Source of the DNA: the human T2T-CHM13v2.0 reference genome, Homo sapiens
Assembly (NCBI RefSeq): GCF_009914755.1
Contig: NC_060947.1
DNA length: 64,000 nucleotides
Direction: 5' to 3' (one strand)
The notes beneath the pieces were generated by a model that was not told the origin of the DNA, searched no databases, and worked only from the letters and a program-made list of their open reading frames with translations. A program made the translations under genes and the position numbers. Shown one piece after another: positions 28,886-43,750 of this stretch. Each line of letters starts with the position of its first letter. Within the stretch, counting starts at the first letter, position 1.

Positions 28886-29299
28886 AGTATAACCTCTGTT
28901 ATACAGGGAAGCATTGGAAGCTTAGAGTCCCCTAAAGCTAACTGATGAAGCTTATCTCCTCAAATCTTCAAGGAGAAAACTGAATCCAGAAAGCATGTTT
29001 TTAAATTGATCAACTACAAGGGTTGTGAACAAGAAAATTATTTGATAGTTACCTATAATTCTCTTTCAAATTATAGCTTTCATCACTTCTCTAATTAAGC
29101 CTCTGAAGCCCCCCTCTTGTATAAAATGGTGTGTCTAACCTCTTGTTATGTAGAACTTTGGTATAGTGGAGCGAACATAAGACATGGGGTCAGGAGACTA
29201 GGGTTCGAGTCCCAGCTCCACTGCTAACAATCGCTTTCCATTAGAGAAGCTACAGGGCAGAGCAATGGACGACCAGCATGGTAAGAGGCAGAAGGGCAG

Positions 29300-29520
29300 G
29301 GTGTTTGGAAAACAGACAGCCTGAGTGTGAATCCAGCTATGTGACCTTGAGTAAGCCAATGAACCTTTGACCTTCTGCTTCTTCATCTGTAAAATGGGCA
29401 TGAGAGTACCAACCTCATAGGGTTGTTTTGAAGGTTAGACGGATTAACATTAGGAAAGTGCTTTAACCAATGTCTAGGAAATAGTAAATTCTATGCAAGC
29501 ATCCATTAAGTAAATAAATA
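29300..29520. mobile_element. MIR SINE
   Basis: MIR core gtgaccttgagtaag...cttcatctgtaaaatgggcatgagagtaccaacctcatagggttgtt. Confidence 0.8.
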
Positions 29521-31099
29521 AAATATCCGGATTTTATTTTCCTCATCTATAAAAGAGGCATGACTACATCATGGCTAAGGTTATTTTCTATCCTAACATT
29601 CTATGATTTCCTGTGCTTAATCTGTGGATGAATAATTAAGGACACACGATGATAAGAGGAGAAAGGGTCTTAGGTAATTCATGAGATCTGTGCAAGTTCC
29701 CAATCAAGAGATGGTTGTGGCTGCCTTTAAACACACATAAGTAAAAGAAAAACTTAAATGTCTGAGTTTTTAAAAGTTAAAAAATAAAAACAAAATGCTT
29801 TGCTTCTCAGTAACTGAACTTTCAAGGGACATATTTATTTTGTCTGATTACTCTGAGTTTGTATGTGCAGGCATACCTAGTGTCCCTCTGTTCCAAGCCA
29901 CTGGGAGAGGATCCACATGACCCCAGTGTAGGGTGCCTTTGAGCAGTCCCACTCCTTTGATCTGTCACCTAATTCAGTTAGACTCTTGCTTTTCATTATT
30001 GGTACAGAGGAGATTGCCTAAAATAAGACTTCCATCTCACACATGTTTTTCCCACCTAAATGTTAGTTACTAGGAATAAAGATTATGACCCTACTCAGTT
30101 TGTCTGAAGGCTTTTTCCAGAAAAACAAACTATAATATTGCAGTGCTTTTCAGTTGAGAGAAAAGGAAACAAGAACCACAAACCTTTGGAATGGAAATCG
30201 GATGCGCACAAAATGGTTGTCAAATGCTACAGGCAAGGCAGGGTACAATTTAATGTTCCCCCTGAAGTAGTTAGTAGAACAAAAAAGAATATTTTTAAAG
30301 CAATCCGTGTTCTTTAAATTCATGAGCAGCTGGGGTTTATCTGCAATCATTGTGTGTACCTGGGAATTCATGCAAGGCAGGGAAATGCAATGGGATTTTA
30401 ATGCACGTTGAATTTAATAATTGGTGAAGTGGACGTATGTTTTGTAAGCATTTATCTAAATAATAAAATGGGTTTTAATTGCTTTTAGATGTTCCTCATT
30501 TAATCAAACAACAATGATATGAAGAAGTCAAAACCCAAAGAGTTGAAGTAATCGTTATGGGTACTTAAGCCAGGATTTTCTGCCTCTAAGTATAGTACTA
30601 TTTCGGCTATATCAGTTACCTCTACTCATTTTTTTAAATAAACAAAAAATAACAACTATTTTCTTAAAAATACTATTCCTAAGAGTTTCATATTTTTTAC
30701 TAAAAATGCAATAGACTACAGGACAGTATTGAAATCACCTTTATTTTTGATAAAGATAAAAAGGATGTTAAAGTTCCCAGTAGACTGTAGACTCTTTTTT
30801 CAAGTTAAAATTCCCTATGACATAATACAAAAATACTATTTTTGTTCTTCCCACAGTTCCAAACTCAATATCCTATACATAATAGGTATCTAAGAAATGT
30901 TTCTTTAAAAAAAAAGAGATGAATAAACATCACATATATATTTCCCTCTGATGACAGAAAAATTAAACAATCCTCAGATTTATAGATGGAGAGACAGGAC
31001 AAAAAAAACCAGCTATTCTTCCCAACAATAGTATACATGTATACTGTTTTCAAAGAAAAGGAAAATCAACCAAGAAAATCATTGTCATTTTGGTCTTAC

Positions 31100-31166
31100 C
31101 ATGTTGGATAACTGGTTCTCTTAATGGCTCCCCAGCAATTAAGACAAAGTGGCTTCTCTTGGGATC
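31100..31166 (-). CDS. PIR: Pirin exon 9
   Basis: actttag|GAT CCC... translates DPKRSHFVLIAGEPLREPVIQH(G), then G|gtaaga. 67 nt, phase 0 to 1, joins exon 10 in frame. Confidence 0.97.
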
Positions 31167-34100
31167 CTAAAGTTAACAAAGAAAACATCAAACAATAAGC
31201 AGGCTTATTTTCGAAGATCAAATTGTGAACAATTTGAAATTGACATGCTAGCCAAATAGGCGATGTTCCTAATTCTGAATATAATTTTCAAAAATATTTT
31301 CTGTGCAACAACTCAATATAGACATGTTTATTTCTTACGTTGTTTAGTAGCAAGTAGAACTCAAGAATAAGTCCAGGCCACCAAAATATTAACATTCTCA
31401 AATTTAAGAAGGAGAACTTAAATTAAGATTTCTTTAACTGGAAATATCTTCACGACAAACCATGTGATTAAATGGCTTATCATGGGATTTATGATTTCTC
31501 AGTTACCATATAATTTTTAAAAGGGAAGATTAGTTATGGAAATCCAAAATAAGATTTTATTACTTTTGAAAATTATTACTAATAATGTAAAATATGCCCC
31601 GGAAATATTGCACTAAATGGAACCTTATAAAAACAGAGCATCCAAGGGACATCTGCTCAAGCAAATTTCCCTCCAAAAGGGTCCTATTACGTTAAAGTCT
31701 CTAAAAGTTTTTGCTTAGAATTAAGGATTCAATTTTTTTCCTGAAACTGGAAAAAATATTAACCATAATATCCAGTGCTAGTATGGATACAGGGAAAAAT
31801 ACACTTTCATATATCGTTTGGGAGATTTTCAACTGGTGCAGTAATCCTTCCAGAGAGCAATTTGACAATATGACTCAAAACCCCCAATATTGCTAATGTC
31901 CTCCGATCCAGTAATGACAGTTTTAGCTATATAGTGTAAGGGAATTTCACTGTCGTAGCACTATTTATCACAGCAGAAATTGAAAACATTTCTCCAAAAG
32001 TGAGGGGTTGGTTAAATAATTATATGTTTATAAGAAAAACTATCAAGTGGCTATTAAAATTCATTTTCTCAACAAATATTTAAGTGTGTAATAAAATGTT
32101 CATAATGTCTTGTAAGTTTTGTAAATATCACAAAATGGTATGTATATACTATGGATTAAAAATACTAAAATATTAGCATTTATTATTTCTGAATAATGAG
32201 AATTAAAGCAAATTTTATTTTCTTCTTTATGCTTTTCTGTATTATTTTCAAATTGCTACAAAAATTTGCTAATTTTAAAAGTTAAAAGGAAACATAAAAT
32301 ATATATTTTCTAAAGTCTGTGTTTGGGGAATTGTTTTGTAATCAAATGCATTTCTGGTTTAACAATCATTAGATCATTTCATTATATAAAACTAAGTATT
32401 TTAAGTAATTCACATGTTATAATTGTAAGAGTCCTATCTATCAAAATCATACGTATATCATACATATATACACTTTTCAGTAATTTTATTTGTTAGAAAT
32501 GGGTGTTTGATTTAAAATTAAGGAGAACTGTAGTTCCGTCAGAAGTGAATTACATATGTACTTAGATACACTTCTATGTGGTGTTTTGTGCCCTGGTAAC
32601 TTAGTTAAGTTGAGACAATGTGGCGGTTAGTTGTAACAGGTAGTCAGAGGTGCTGCTAGACTTTAGCTTGTCCTCATCCTCCTGCATGCCATGTCCAGCT
32701 CTTCTTCCTGACTGCTAATTCTGCTAAGAACGGCCGCAGCTCCATCCCTAGACACTAAGCTGCAGAACTACAGACTTCTCCACTAGACTTCTTTTGTGGC
32801 CTCATTTTAGTGCCTGAATATGCTTGGCATTCCAGATTAACTGGTTGGTGACTTCTCTGATTCCCCAGCTTCTGCTTTCCTATCTTCATTTCCACAGCTC
32901 CTCCCATAAGCAAATGCTCCCTCTCTGGGAAGCTGTCTTGTGACTGCCCTCTCGCGAGGAATCCCAAACTAGCCAAATGGAGGGGCTACCTAGAGCAGAA
33001 CTCAGGCATCTCTAAACAACAGCCCCAGCAGAGCCCAGCTCCCAGCCTGCCAGCCACATGAGTGACCCCAGAGAAACCGGCATTAGAACTCCCCACCACA
33101 TGGAGAAATAATAAATGATTGTTATTTTAAGCCACTAAATTTTAGCGTGGTTACTCACTAATAGATAACTGAACATTATATATCTCTTTTCAGGCTTCTT
33201 TTAGGTATATCTTATTTAGAATAAAACAATAAACAAAGCCAAAATGATTACGCACTTTAAAATGAAGCCTTCAAAATTTTTGAAACTTCACCCCAATTCT
33301 AATAATATAGCATATTTCTAAATATGTAAGTCAATATTATACTATATCATACTTCTATTAATGCAAAGCTCTTTAATTAGAAATTATTGTAATGTTACTA
33401 GTTCCAGAAGATTACTGGATTCAATAAAATTAATAATTAATTCCTTAATCTTCCATGTATTTAATAAAAACTACCGTATTTGACATGACAGAAATTTGTT
33501 TCCCTTTCCTGCCTTCAACTTAAAAAATAAATGGGACTGTAGGGTAGAATGGTTTCTTCAAAAGTCTTGATTTACTCCCTACAATCTCAGGGCTGGGGTC
33601 ATTTAATACTTTTTAAATCAAAGCTGATGTTTTGATCACTTCTTTACATTTTAAAAAGTCTCTGTTTAACCATTGCAAGGCCTATATTTATTTATGTACC
33701 ATCACTTTACTTATCCATAACCCAACTAGCTGTCAAAATATGCAAACATGAACCTAGATGACATTTTCTTTCCTTAACTTGCCTTCTTTGGTGAAATCTA
33801 ATCATCTTTCCAGATATTCCAGAAAATACAGTGATGATGTGGCTGAAAGTCTCAGTTGCTGTTATCTTGAAAAGTCCTTGTCTATGATGACTTTGTCTAT
33901 GGTGTCAAATGATGAAAATCATGCAAAAGCCAAGAGAATTAAATACCCATTTAAAACCCAAGTCCTTGCATGGTTCTAAATGCCTTTATGGGATTTGATT
34001 TTAAAAACCCATACAAAAGTAGCAGAGGTCCACTTACTACTTCACCCCAACTAACGTTCACCATCTTTTGGCACCATGTCTTTTGCTTTGGTGCACCTTT

Positions 34101-34365
34101 TCAGAGTTTCTGGTACAGAGTTAAGCTCTTCTGGGTTTACTTAATAATTTACTTTTTTAAGTTGCTCTTGTTATTCCATAAGTATTTTTGCCAAGATATG
34201 TCTCGAGTTCTGCTGATACCAACAATAAATGATCAAAGCCCAGATGAAAGTTTTATGGTTCACTTAATATGTTGATAACTTCTAAACTATGAGTAGCTAC
34301 TCAGTTTGATCAACTATAAATATAAAACTCAAGATGGCAGTAGGACTCTGAGTATGAATCTAAGG

Positions 34366-34994
34366 CATGGGTCCCCAACCCCCAGGCCATGGACCAGTAC
34401 CAATTGGTGGTCTGTTAGGAACTGGGCTGCACAACAGGTGAGTGGCAGGTGAGGTAGTGAAGCTTCATCTGTATGTACAGCCACTCCCCATTGCTCGAAT
34501 TACCACCCCAGCTCTGCCTCCTGTCAGATCAGCAGTGGTGCTGGATTCTCATAGGAGCACAAATCCTGTTGTGAACTGCACATGTGAAGGACCTAGTTTG
34601 CAAACTCCTTATGAGAATCTAATGCCTAATGATCTGTCACTGTCTCCCATCAACCCCGGATGGGACCATCTAGTTGCAGGAAAACAAATTCAGGGCTCCT
34701 ACTGATTCTACATTATGGTGAGTTATAGAATTATTTCTGTCACTGTCTCCCATCAACCCCGGATGGGACCATCTAGTTGCAGGAAAACAAATTCAGGGCT
34801 CCTACTGATTCTACATTATGGTGAGTTATAGAATTATTTCATTATATATTACAATGTAATAATAATAGAAATAAAGTACACAATAAAGGTAATGCGCTTG
34901 AAGCATCCCCAAACCATTCCCAGCCACCCCCATCTGAGGAAAAATTGTCTTCCAAGAAATTGGTCCCTGATGCCAAAAAGGTTGGGGACTGCTG
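34366..34994. mobile_element. MER1A (hAT-Charlie) with an internal 103-bp tandem duplication
   Basis: TIRs catgggtccccaacc / ggttggggactgctg. 8-bp TSD ATCTAAGG / ATCGAAGG, typical of hAT elements. Confidence 0.9.
34633..34840. repeat. Perfect 103-bp tandem duplication (2 copies plus 2-bp microhomology)
   Basis: 34633-34735 is identical to 34736-34838, with TC at the junctions. Confidence 0.97.
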
Positions 34995-36254
34995 ATCGAA
35001 GGGCATGTTTTTGCATCAATAACATTGATTATAGTGATATATTACCTGAAAAAAATTACCAGAAAGAAACTGTGCTTTAGCATGACTTATTGCATGCATT
35101 TGTTCCTACCAGACTTCATTGTTTATACTTCTTGGGCCAATGAAAAGATCAAACAAGTAACTGTTATCAGCTTAAAAATTTAGTGGTTTATTTCATCATG
35201 AACTTTTACACTAAACAAGCAAAAAAGTTTTCTCTAGTTTTAACAGGATGTTTTGTTTTATTTCTGTCTTTCAATGTTTATTTTAATCAAATGCTATATA
35301 TAGTCAAATGTTAATCTTTATTATATTAATGAGTTTTCCATGAATAGTGCCAGTTAAAAAGCACTGTTACAGTGAAGTATGGCTTTGATGACAGCCAGTG
35401 AGGTATTGATTGTCTTCCTTGGTCCACTACGGGTGAGTTTGCTAATCCATGAGGCTTAAGACCTTCTCAATAGTATACCACTATAAACATAAGCCTAAGG
35501 GTGAGATGGAGCCTTTCATATCAAACTCTAGTACTCCTGATCGTGGAGCCATCAGGGAAACCATCATCTTAAGAGAAAGTCCAGAGTACCATCAGTAGGT
35601 CAAAGCAGCACAGGAAGCCTTAGCCCTTGAAACAGAAGCTATTCTGGGATGACTGGTACCAGTCCAGGATTAAATGTCCAGAGTAGTCTGGAGTTGATTC
35701 CAATCTCTAAGAACTCTGAAAAAGTTCTAAGATGGAACAGGGAAACCTGGGGCAGAAAGAAGCTGTAGTCTTTTGCATCATCCCTTCCTTGTCCTCCTCT
35801 CCTGTCCTGGAGATTGGCCACTATAGGAGATACTGCCCATACTACTGGTCAACCAGTAGTCAAATGGGTGTGATGGTGGAGAACACAGAAAGGAAGAGTA
35901 GTAAAAGTGCAGGAAGAACAGAGCCAGAAAAAAAGCCAGGCAAAAAATCAGCTTCTCATTCTTGACCACAGTTTAGTGGAAATGGGATTGGCGCGGCACT
36001 GGGCAGTCACATCTTCCTTCTTTATCAAATCCTCAGGCTAATGCTAGGTTCAAGTGAGGATAACACTGGCTTGGAGTGTGAGTGAGTCAGGGTCTCTTGG
36101 AGCCTTCTTCTACCTGTAGAAACTGTTATGTGCCCTAAGCCTTCAGGTCTACTGTATAAATCCTTATTAGGTAACATGTATGTGGTATGACTATCAAATG
36201 AGATATTTGGATTCATAAACTTTCCAGTTACCATTATTGAGCATCTACAACGTA

Positions 36255-36445
36255 GTAAACCAAACCTTTTCTGTAAAGGGCCAGAGAGTTTTAGGCTTTA
36301 TTTGTCACAACTTCTCAATTCCACTGTTATTGGATAAAAGAACCTATAGACAATATGAAAACGAATGGGTGTGGCTGTGGTCCAATAAAACTTTATGAAA
36401 AAGGTTTGGATTTGGCCTATTGAACATAATTTACTGACCCCCATG
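36255..36445. mobile_element. MER58A-like element
   Basis: caaaccttttctgtaaagggccagagag...ggctgtggtccaataaaactttat...tttactgacccc. Confidence 0.75.
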
Positions 36446-37510
36446 CTCAATCTGGAGTAGACTTGTAATATACGTAATCTCAAATATTCTTTCTAACAAT
36501 CACTTGCAGTTGGCAGTATTATTTTAATTTTGCAGACAAAGAAACTGAAGCTCAGAGGGCTTTACAAACGTGTCCAAAGTCACAACAGCTAACAAGCAGT
36601 AAAGCCAAGATTCAAACCTTCAGAATTTCTTTTCTGCTGTAATCTAAAGGGGACTTTCTACTATTGTGTGGATATAAGTGACACATGCTGCCTTTAAATG
36701 CTGATTTTTTAATATCAATTTTTTCATAGAAATCTTTCTAAGGTTTTGATGGCTCAGGCTATGCTTATACACAGCAACAATTACAGAATTGCACATAACA
36801 GAACGATGCCACTGGAGCCAGGAGTGCTGCTTGCCAGTGAATTGATGGTTTCAGCTGACTCTTTTCTATGTTGGCTGCACCTGTTCTTCTGACTCCCTTC
36901 ATCACTTCTTTCTGGTGTTCTGTTTTAGCTTCCAACTCCTTATCTGCAATGTGCTCTCTGTGTATTATAGGAAGAACTGAGGTTGCCAAGTTAAACCAGA
37001 TAATGTTACAAACCATTCTGATATTAGTAGGTTCTGGCCTATGTGTAGCTTTCATGCCTCTTTCCTGTATTGGATTGAAAGATATAAAATAGACATTTTT
37101 GTCGGTCAAAAGTCGCAGTTTCATATGGCTCAGTCTAATATTAAAGGGCACTGACCCTGACATATGCATTTTTCTAGTGCTCATCAGGTTTTTCTTCCGT
37201 TTACCTCACAGTTCATGGTGGTGCTGCAGATGATTAAAGCAGCAGTAGATTGCTGCCAGAAAAGTGGGCTAAGATCTAATAACTCCTCAAATCCACTGTG
37301 TTCTATAACAACAGGCAGGGTCAGAAGGCCAGAAGTCAGTCCGACTGCCTCGGCACTAGTCATCCACACACTAAAATAGTTTTCAAAGTTTGTTTTTTTC
37401 AGGAGCTTTTACACAATTTTCTCCTCAATCCTCTTTATAAGAATGACATAAAGCAGTCAGATTGACTAAACAGACTCACAACATGGTGACTGAATTACTC
37501 AAGGGAATGA

Positions 37511-37955
<445 letters not shown>

Positions 37956-38364
37956 AAGGTGGGGATCCTTTTCAAAGGGCTCTATGTGAGTATGCATGTA
38001 GATTTATATTTCTACTTCTATAGGGCTGATCTATTTTCACTTATGCTAAAAACAAAATAAATCAATTGTATAAAGAAAGAAAATTAAGAGACAACAAAGA
38101 TGTGTTGCTTCCAGATTCAAATTTCCAGGGGTAAACAATAGGGACTTTATATGATTTCTGAAGATAAAGAATCAATAAAGATAAAACTTTAAAATAAACC
38201 CATAGAAATAGCAGAAATTAATGAAAAGACATGATAAACTTCTGGTATAATTTCTTCTCCAAGGAAGAGAGAAAAACTTTCAGTTATCCACAACATTTAG
38301 GCATTTTCTTGGAAACCAGTAGAAAGTACATGTTAAGAAAGTTAAAGGAAAATAACATACTTAC

Positions 38365-38447
38365 CTTGTTCTCCACTTGGACACTGTCACCTTCTCCAAG
38401 CACTGCTGTGTGATGAGGTTCTATTTTTTGTTGTGCATCATCGGGCC
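38365..38447 (-). CDS. PIR: Pirin exon 8
   Basis: ttttgtag|GG CCC... translates (G)PDDAQQKIEPHHTAVLGEGDSVQVENK, then AAG|gtaagt. 83 nt, phase 1 to 0. Confidence 0.97.
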
Positions 38448-39014
38448 CTACAAAACCAATGACACACTAATTTAATACCCATTATAGTACATTTGTTATA
38501 TGGTTACTTATTTGGTTAACTATATAGCACCACAACATTTATTTTAATTTGAGAAATAATGGACTTAGTAATTTCCTTGAATCTCTTGGTTAATTATATT
38601 TGCTATTATTAAAGCCTGAAACTAGTTTGTTTTCAATTTTGAAAAAGGACAAGGAGATGAATCCTGCGTTGTGTTTCCATTTACACTTTAATTGATAAGC
38701 AAAGTCCTTGGCATTATGTGCTCATGTTTCCTTAGGTAAATTATAAACTTTATAAGAATTAAAAATAGTTAGAAAAATTATCAAATGCCATAATTAATTC
38801 ATTTCCACAAGTATTAATTGAGTACCTACAATTGCCTAGCACTATGGGACAATACAGAGACATGCAAAGTAGATTCCTTTCATAGAAATAATTCAAAATC
38901 CTGCTGGAGCAAACTAAATCTATACACACAAAATAATCAGAGAATAATTCAACTGAAAAATAAGTAAGTTGGACAGCTATTGAATAATAGCTACTGAACT
39001 CTGAATAAGACCCT

Positions 39015-39167
39015 TGGGTGGGGGGTAGGGGGGAGGGATAGCATTAGGAGATATACCTAATGTAAATGATGAGTTAATCGGTGCAGCACACCAACATGGC
39101 ACATGTATACCTATGTGACAAACCTGCATGTTGTGCACATGTACCCTAGAACTTAAAGTATTAAAAA
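39015..39167 (+). mobile_element. Short 5'-truncated L1PA 3' end
   Basis: G-rich tract then gggatagcattaggagatatacctaatgtaaatgatgagtt...cacatgtaccctagaacttaaagta and an A-tail. TSD AAGACCCT (39007-39014 and 39168-39175). Confidence 0.93.
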
Positions 39168-39580
39168 AAGACCCTGTTCTAAATGTTGTGGGAATATTCA
39201 GGACAGATACATTTCCATCTCTTCTATACTGAGGTTTACAAATAAAATAATACAAATGAAAGTGTCTCTTAAAGGCAACGATAAATTCATAAGCAAAGTT
39301 CAATAAGAGAACAGGGGTGATGGGGGCTTGTGCAGGTCTAGGGACCACAGATATTTGTTGTGGAGGAGGTAAGACTTGAACAGAGTTCTGTAGGATTAGA
39401 TAAACCACAAGAGGGAAATCTGGGGGAAAGGGCATTCTAGACAAGAGAAAAGATTGCAGTGAAAATTCTACCATTCTTGGAACAGTCTTTTGGGAAGAAC
39501 GATGGAAATGTAAGCTGTCTTCAGATCAGGGAAAGCCTTTAAACCCATGTTTATCTGTATAAAATTGACAGCCCTTGAGG

Positions 39581-39583
<3 letters not shown>

Positions 39584-39636
<53 letters not shown>
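39584..39636. repeat. (GT)n microsatellite, ~26 units
   Basis: Uninterrupted GT run. Confidence 0.97.
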
Positions 39637-39639
<3 letters not shown>

Positions 39640-41664
39640 TTACCAGATCTGTGAGATCTGTGTCTTGGAGAAATGACTCTGATGGCAGAATGTGGAGTGA
39701 ATTGGAGGGGACAACACTGAAGTTAGGATGACCTGTTAGGAGTTTGCTGTAACAGTCTAAGTGAAAATGAATTACACTCTGAATTGAGAAAGTGGCAACA
39801 GAAAGATAGGGATGGATTTGACAGGTGGAGTTGAAAAAGAAATCTAAAGGATTTGGCAACAGTTGGAGAGAGAAAATTCTAACATGATTCTCACTAGGAG
39901 CAGAAGAATGTAGTGACTTGAAGATTGCAAGAGTGGTTCTGCAAGAGAAGGCTACAGACTGGAGAGGCCAAAGTGCACCACAGAAGGCTGTAGAGAGGGG
40001 GTGAGATTTGGATTAGGTCTTGCAGTTGGGAAAAACCCTGATATGTTAATGGGCAGGAGAGAGAAGGTTTCAAATTGAATGAGCAGCCCATAAAATGTCT
40101 TGGGAGATACACCTGCATGCCCTTTTGGGATGTAAATAAGGGCATTCATGTGACAAGTTGGAGCTGAATAATCAATAAGGAAATGCTTATTTAAATGAAA
40201 ACAATAGCTTGAGCAATTATTATGTAAACAGAAACATAATTTGTGAATTTTGGACATATTTGTTGGAGTCCAAACAACTATATTTTCTAGAGAAGACCTT
40301 CTCACCTCCACTTTGGAAATAACCAATATGAGGCAGCAGGGTTCATTCTGATGCTTGCAAACATGAAATAGGATTCTAACAGAGCAGGAGTTCTTAACGT
40401 GGAGTCAATGTCCTCCCAAGGGGGGTCTATGGATACAATTCAGGGCATGGGTGGACTTTGATAGGAGATAAATTACATGTTTACTTTCACTAACACCTAA
40501 ATTGAAACGTATCTTCTCCTTCAATCATGAATGTAGCCAACAAGCCACAGTAGTATTAGCTGGGCTGATGACTTTGTCTCCAGCAGAAATCATAGATATT
40601 TTCATATCACATTATGGTTTTGTAGATATCTCAAAATATAGTTTATGTTAATTATTACTTAAAATTTAGAGCAGGCCTGCTACTAGATCATGTTATGTCA
40701 AATGTCATTAAAGAAGCACACATATAGCTATATCCGAAACCTGTTCTTTTAACATTTTCATAACTGCACTGACTTTAAAAACATTATTTGAGGAGGCAGG
40801 AGGCTTCACAGATGTCAGAAAGGTCCATGGCAGTAAAAAGATTAACAACTTCTGTCCCAGAGGAAGTAGTGTGCTGGATAATGTTTAACAGTTGGCTTTC
40901 AGGAGTAAAGGGGAGAACTAACCTGATTCCCGTAGTGTGTGCCAATATCTGTGGTGTAAATACTCCCACTGTGGCCAATTTCAACCTACTGATGTGAGGC
41001 CAGGGAAGGCACACAATCAGCTCCTGCAAGCTAGCAAGAGCCAGCCCCAGCATAATACTAAAGGTTTCTCCTCCATCAAAGATTTAGGTCAACAAACGTC
41101 ATGGAAACAAATGATAGAACTCCATTGATTTTCCACTTATGCAGGGATTTGGCAATAGAAGAGAGGTCTGGGAGTTTAAAAAAATCTCATTTAGAGTTGA
41201 GTAATATTTTCAACTGTGATACAGAGCAGCATTTCATTAAGTGTGCTTTACTGAGATCCCCTGGGAGCAATGAAACATGTCTTTATCTTCAACTAATTCA
41301 TGTATAACACCCATTACCCACGTGGTCCACTCCTGGCCCATAATTTTGTCATGTAGGATGTTTCGTGATACATATACCAAAACAGTTTATAAACCCCTTC
41401 GCTATGTTTTAATGGAGTGAGCTGGCAAAAGAGTGCTCAAAAATAATGCTGAATTGGTATTTCTCTGCACCCCCTATCAGGGGAGCTTGCTTGACTATGG
41501 TGTTCATTGGTCTGTGAGGAAATCTTAATTCAGCAACAAAAAGTTTAGCTTGTCTAAGGGGCTCTAACTCTAATTGTATGTGGGATGCAATTTCTGCCCA
41601 TTCTCTTTGCAATCTCAGTGTTGATACTAAAGAGGTCATTTGAAATGCTCCACTCTAAGGTAAA

Positions 41665-42308
<644 letters not shown>

Positions 42309-43004
42309 AGGTAAACCTTTCTTATAGACACTGGAGTCAGGGTTCCAGGTTAATAATAACTGCAAGTGTACTTTTAGCTTCTGTATTATTACATGAAATG
42401 TTTAAAACAGGGTCACAGTCACAGAAAGCAAAGATTGATTCTATCTTTATTTCCAGATCATTTTTATGTTATTCGCCCATCTGGTTATCTCCTGAACCTA
42501 AAATAAGTCTCAAAAAATATATCTTATTGTTTCTGACTACTTTCAATGATAAATAGAGCCAAATCAGATAACAAATAGTTTCCACTGGGAATCACTGCCA
42601 AGAATGTTAAATTTAATAGCACAGTTAAGGAAAAAATTAACTGAAAACAATTTAATTGCAATTTTTTTGCCTAAATAGTCATAAAAGGGCGAAATACTTC
42701 AAAACCTATTGTAAAGTTAGTGCTGCATCTTCAGTGCCTGATTAATTGCTGTACAACTTTTCTGCAAATGCCAATTTTTCTTTTCCTTTTTTCTATTTAT
42801 AAGAATTGCTGTCCTATTTATTCTCTGTTCCGTACACTCTAGTACTTCTATCATAGGTTTGATATTATCAATTTTATATGTATAGTTGAAGCCTTCTTAT
42901 CTGATGCAATTGAGATTGTTAATTGAAAAAGACAGTCAAACTGCTTCAAACATTTTATTTTAAACGAAAGCATAAATGTGCATTTGTTTGTAAATGTTTA
43001 AAAA

Positions 43005-43198
43005 TACTCCTGTAGCAATTTGGGAGGCCAAGGCAGGAGGATTGCTTGAGCCCAGGAGTTCAAGACCAGCCTGGGCAACATAGGGAGACCCTGTCTGTAC
43101 AAAACATTTTTAGGTGTGGTGGTGCACACCTGTCATCCCAGCTACTCAGGAGACAGGTGGGAGGAGTGCTTGAATGCAAAAAAAGAAAGAAAGAAATA
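43005..43198 (+). mobile_element. Degenerate/truncated AluJ-like element
   Basis: tgggaggccaaggcaggaggattgcttgagcccaggagttcaagaccagcctgggcaacatagggagacc. Confidence 0.85.
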
Positions 43199-43315
43199 CA
43201 GTTAAGGTGGGTTTACTGACTTGATTGAAGCATTTTCTTTTAAAAGCATACCCATAATGCACCACCCATTAGATTATTAGAGTTTCCCCAAATCTTTCAC
43301 AAATTCAAAGGCATT

Positions 43316-43750
43316 TTCTTATTATTAAATTTTTAATTTTTGTGGGAACATAGTAGGTGTATATATTTATGGGGTATATGAGATGTTTTGATTCAGGCAT
43401 GCAAGGCAGAATAATCACATCGTGGAGCATGGGGAGTATCCATCCCCTCAAGCATTTATACTTTGTGTTACAAACAATCCAATTACACTCTTGTAGTTAT
43501 TTTAAAATTTGCAATTAAGTTATTATTCACTATAGTCACCATGTTGTAAAATAGTAGATCTTATTCATTCTTTCTATTTTTTTGTACCCATTAACCATCC
43601 CCACCTCCCCCTGCCCAGCCCCCAACTACCATTCCCAGCCTCATGAACTCATGGTAACCTTCTTTCTACTCTCTATGTTCATGAGTTCATATTGTTTTGA
43701 TCTTTAGATCCCACAAAGAACTGAGAACATGTGATGTTTGTCTTTCCGTG
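43316..43750 (-). mobile_element. L1MA-type 3' end
   Basis: tttttgtgggaacatagtaggtgtatatatttatggggtatatgagatg...gagaacatgtgatgtttgtctttc. TSD tcaaaggcattt on both sides. Confidence 0.88.

Noticed and set aside
34633-34840. Direct repeats as a CRISPR-like or functional array
   Set aside because: Only two abutting copies with no spacers, in eukaryotic intronic DNA inside a MER1A.
36765-37379. Cluster of overlapping ORFs (up to 139 aa) in unique sequence
   Set aside because: No recognisable homology, and PIR exons 8 and 9 already join in frame, leaving no room for a constitutive exon. A non-coding role cannot be judged without conservation data.
38977-39474. 165-aa ORF, the longest in the track
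   Set aside because: Its C-terminal half is the antisense reading of the L1PA 3' UTR and the rest resembles decayed LINE sequence.
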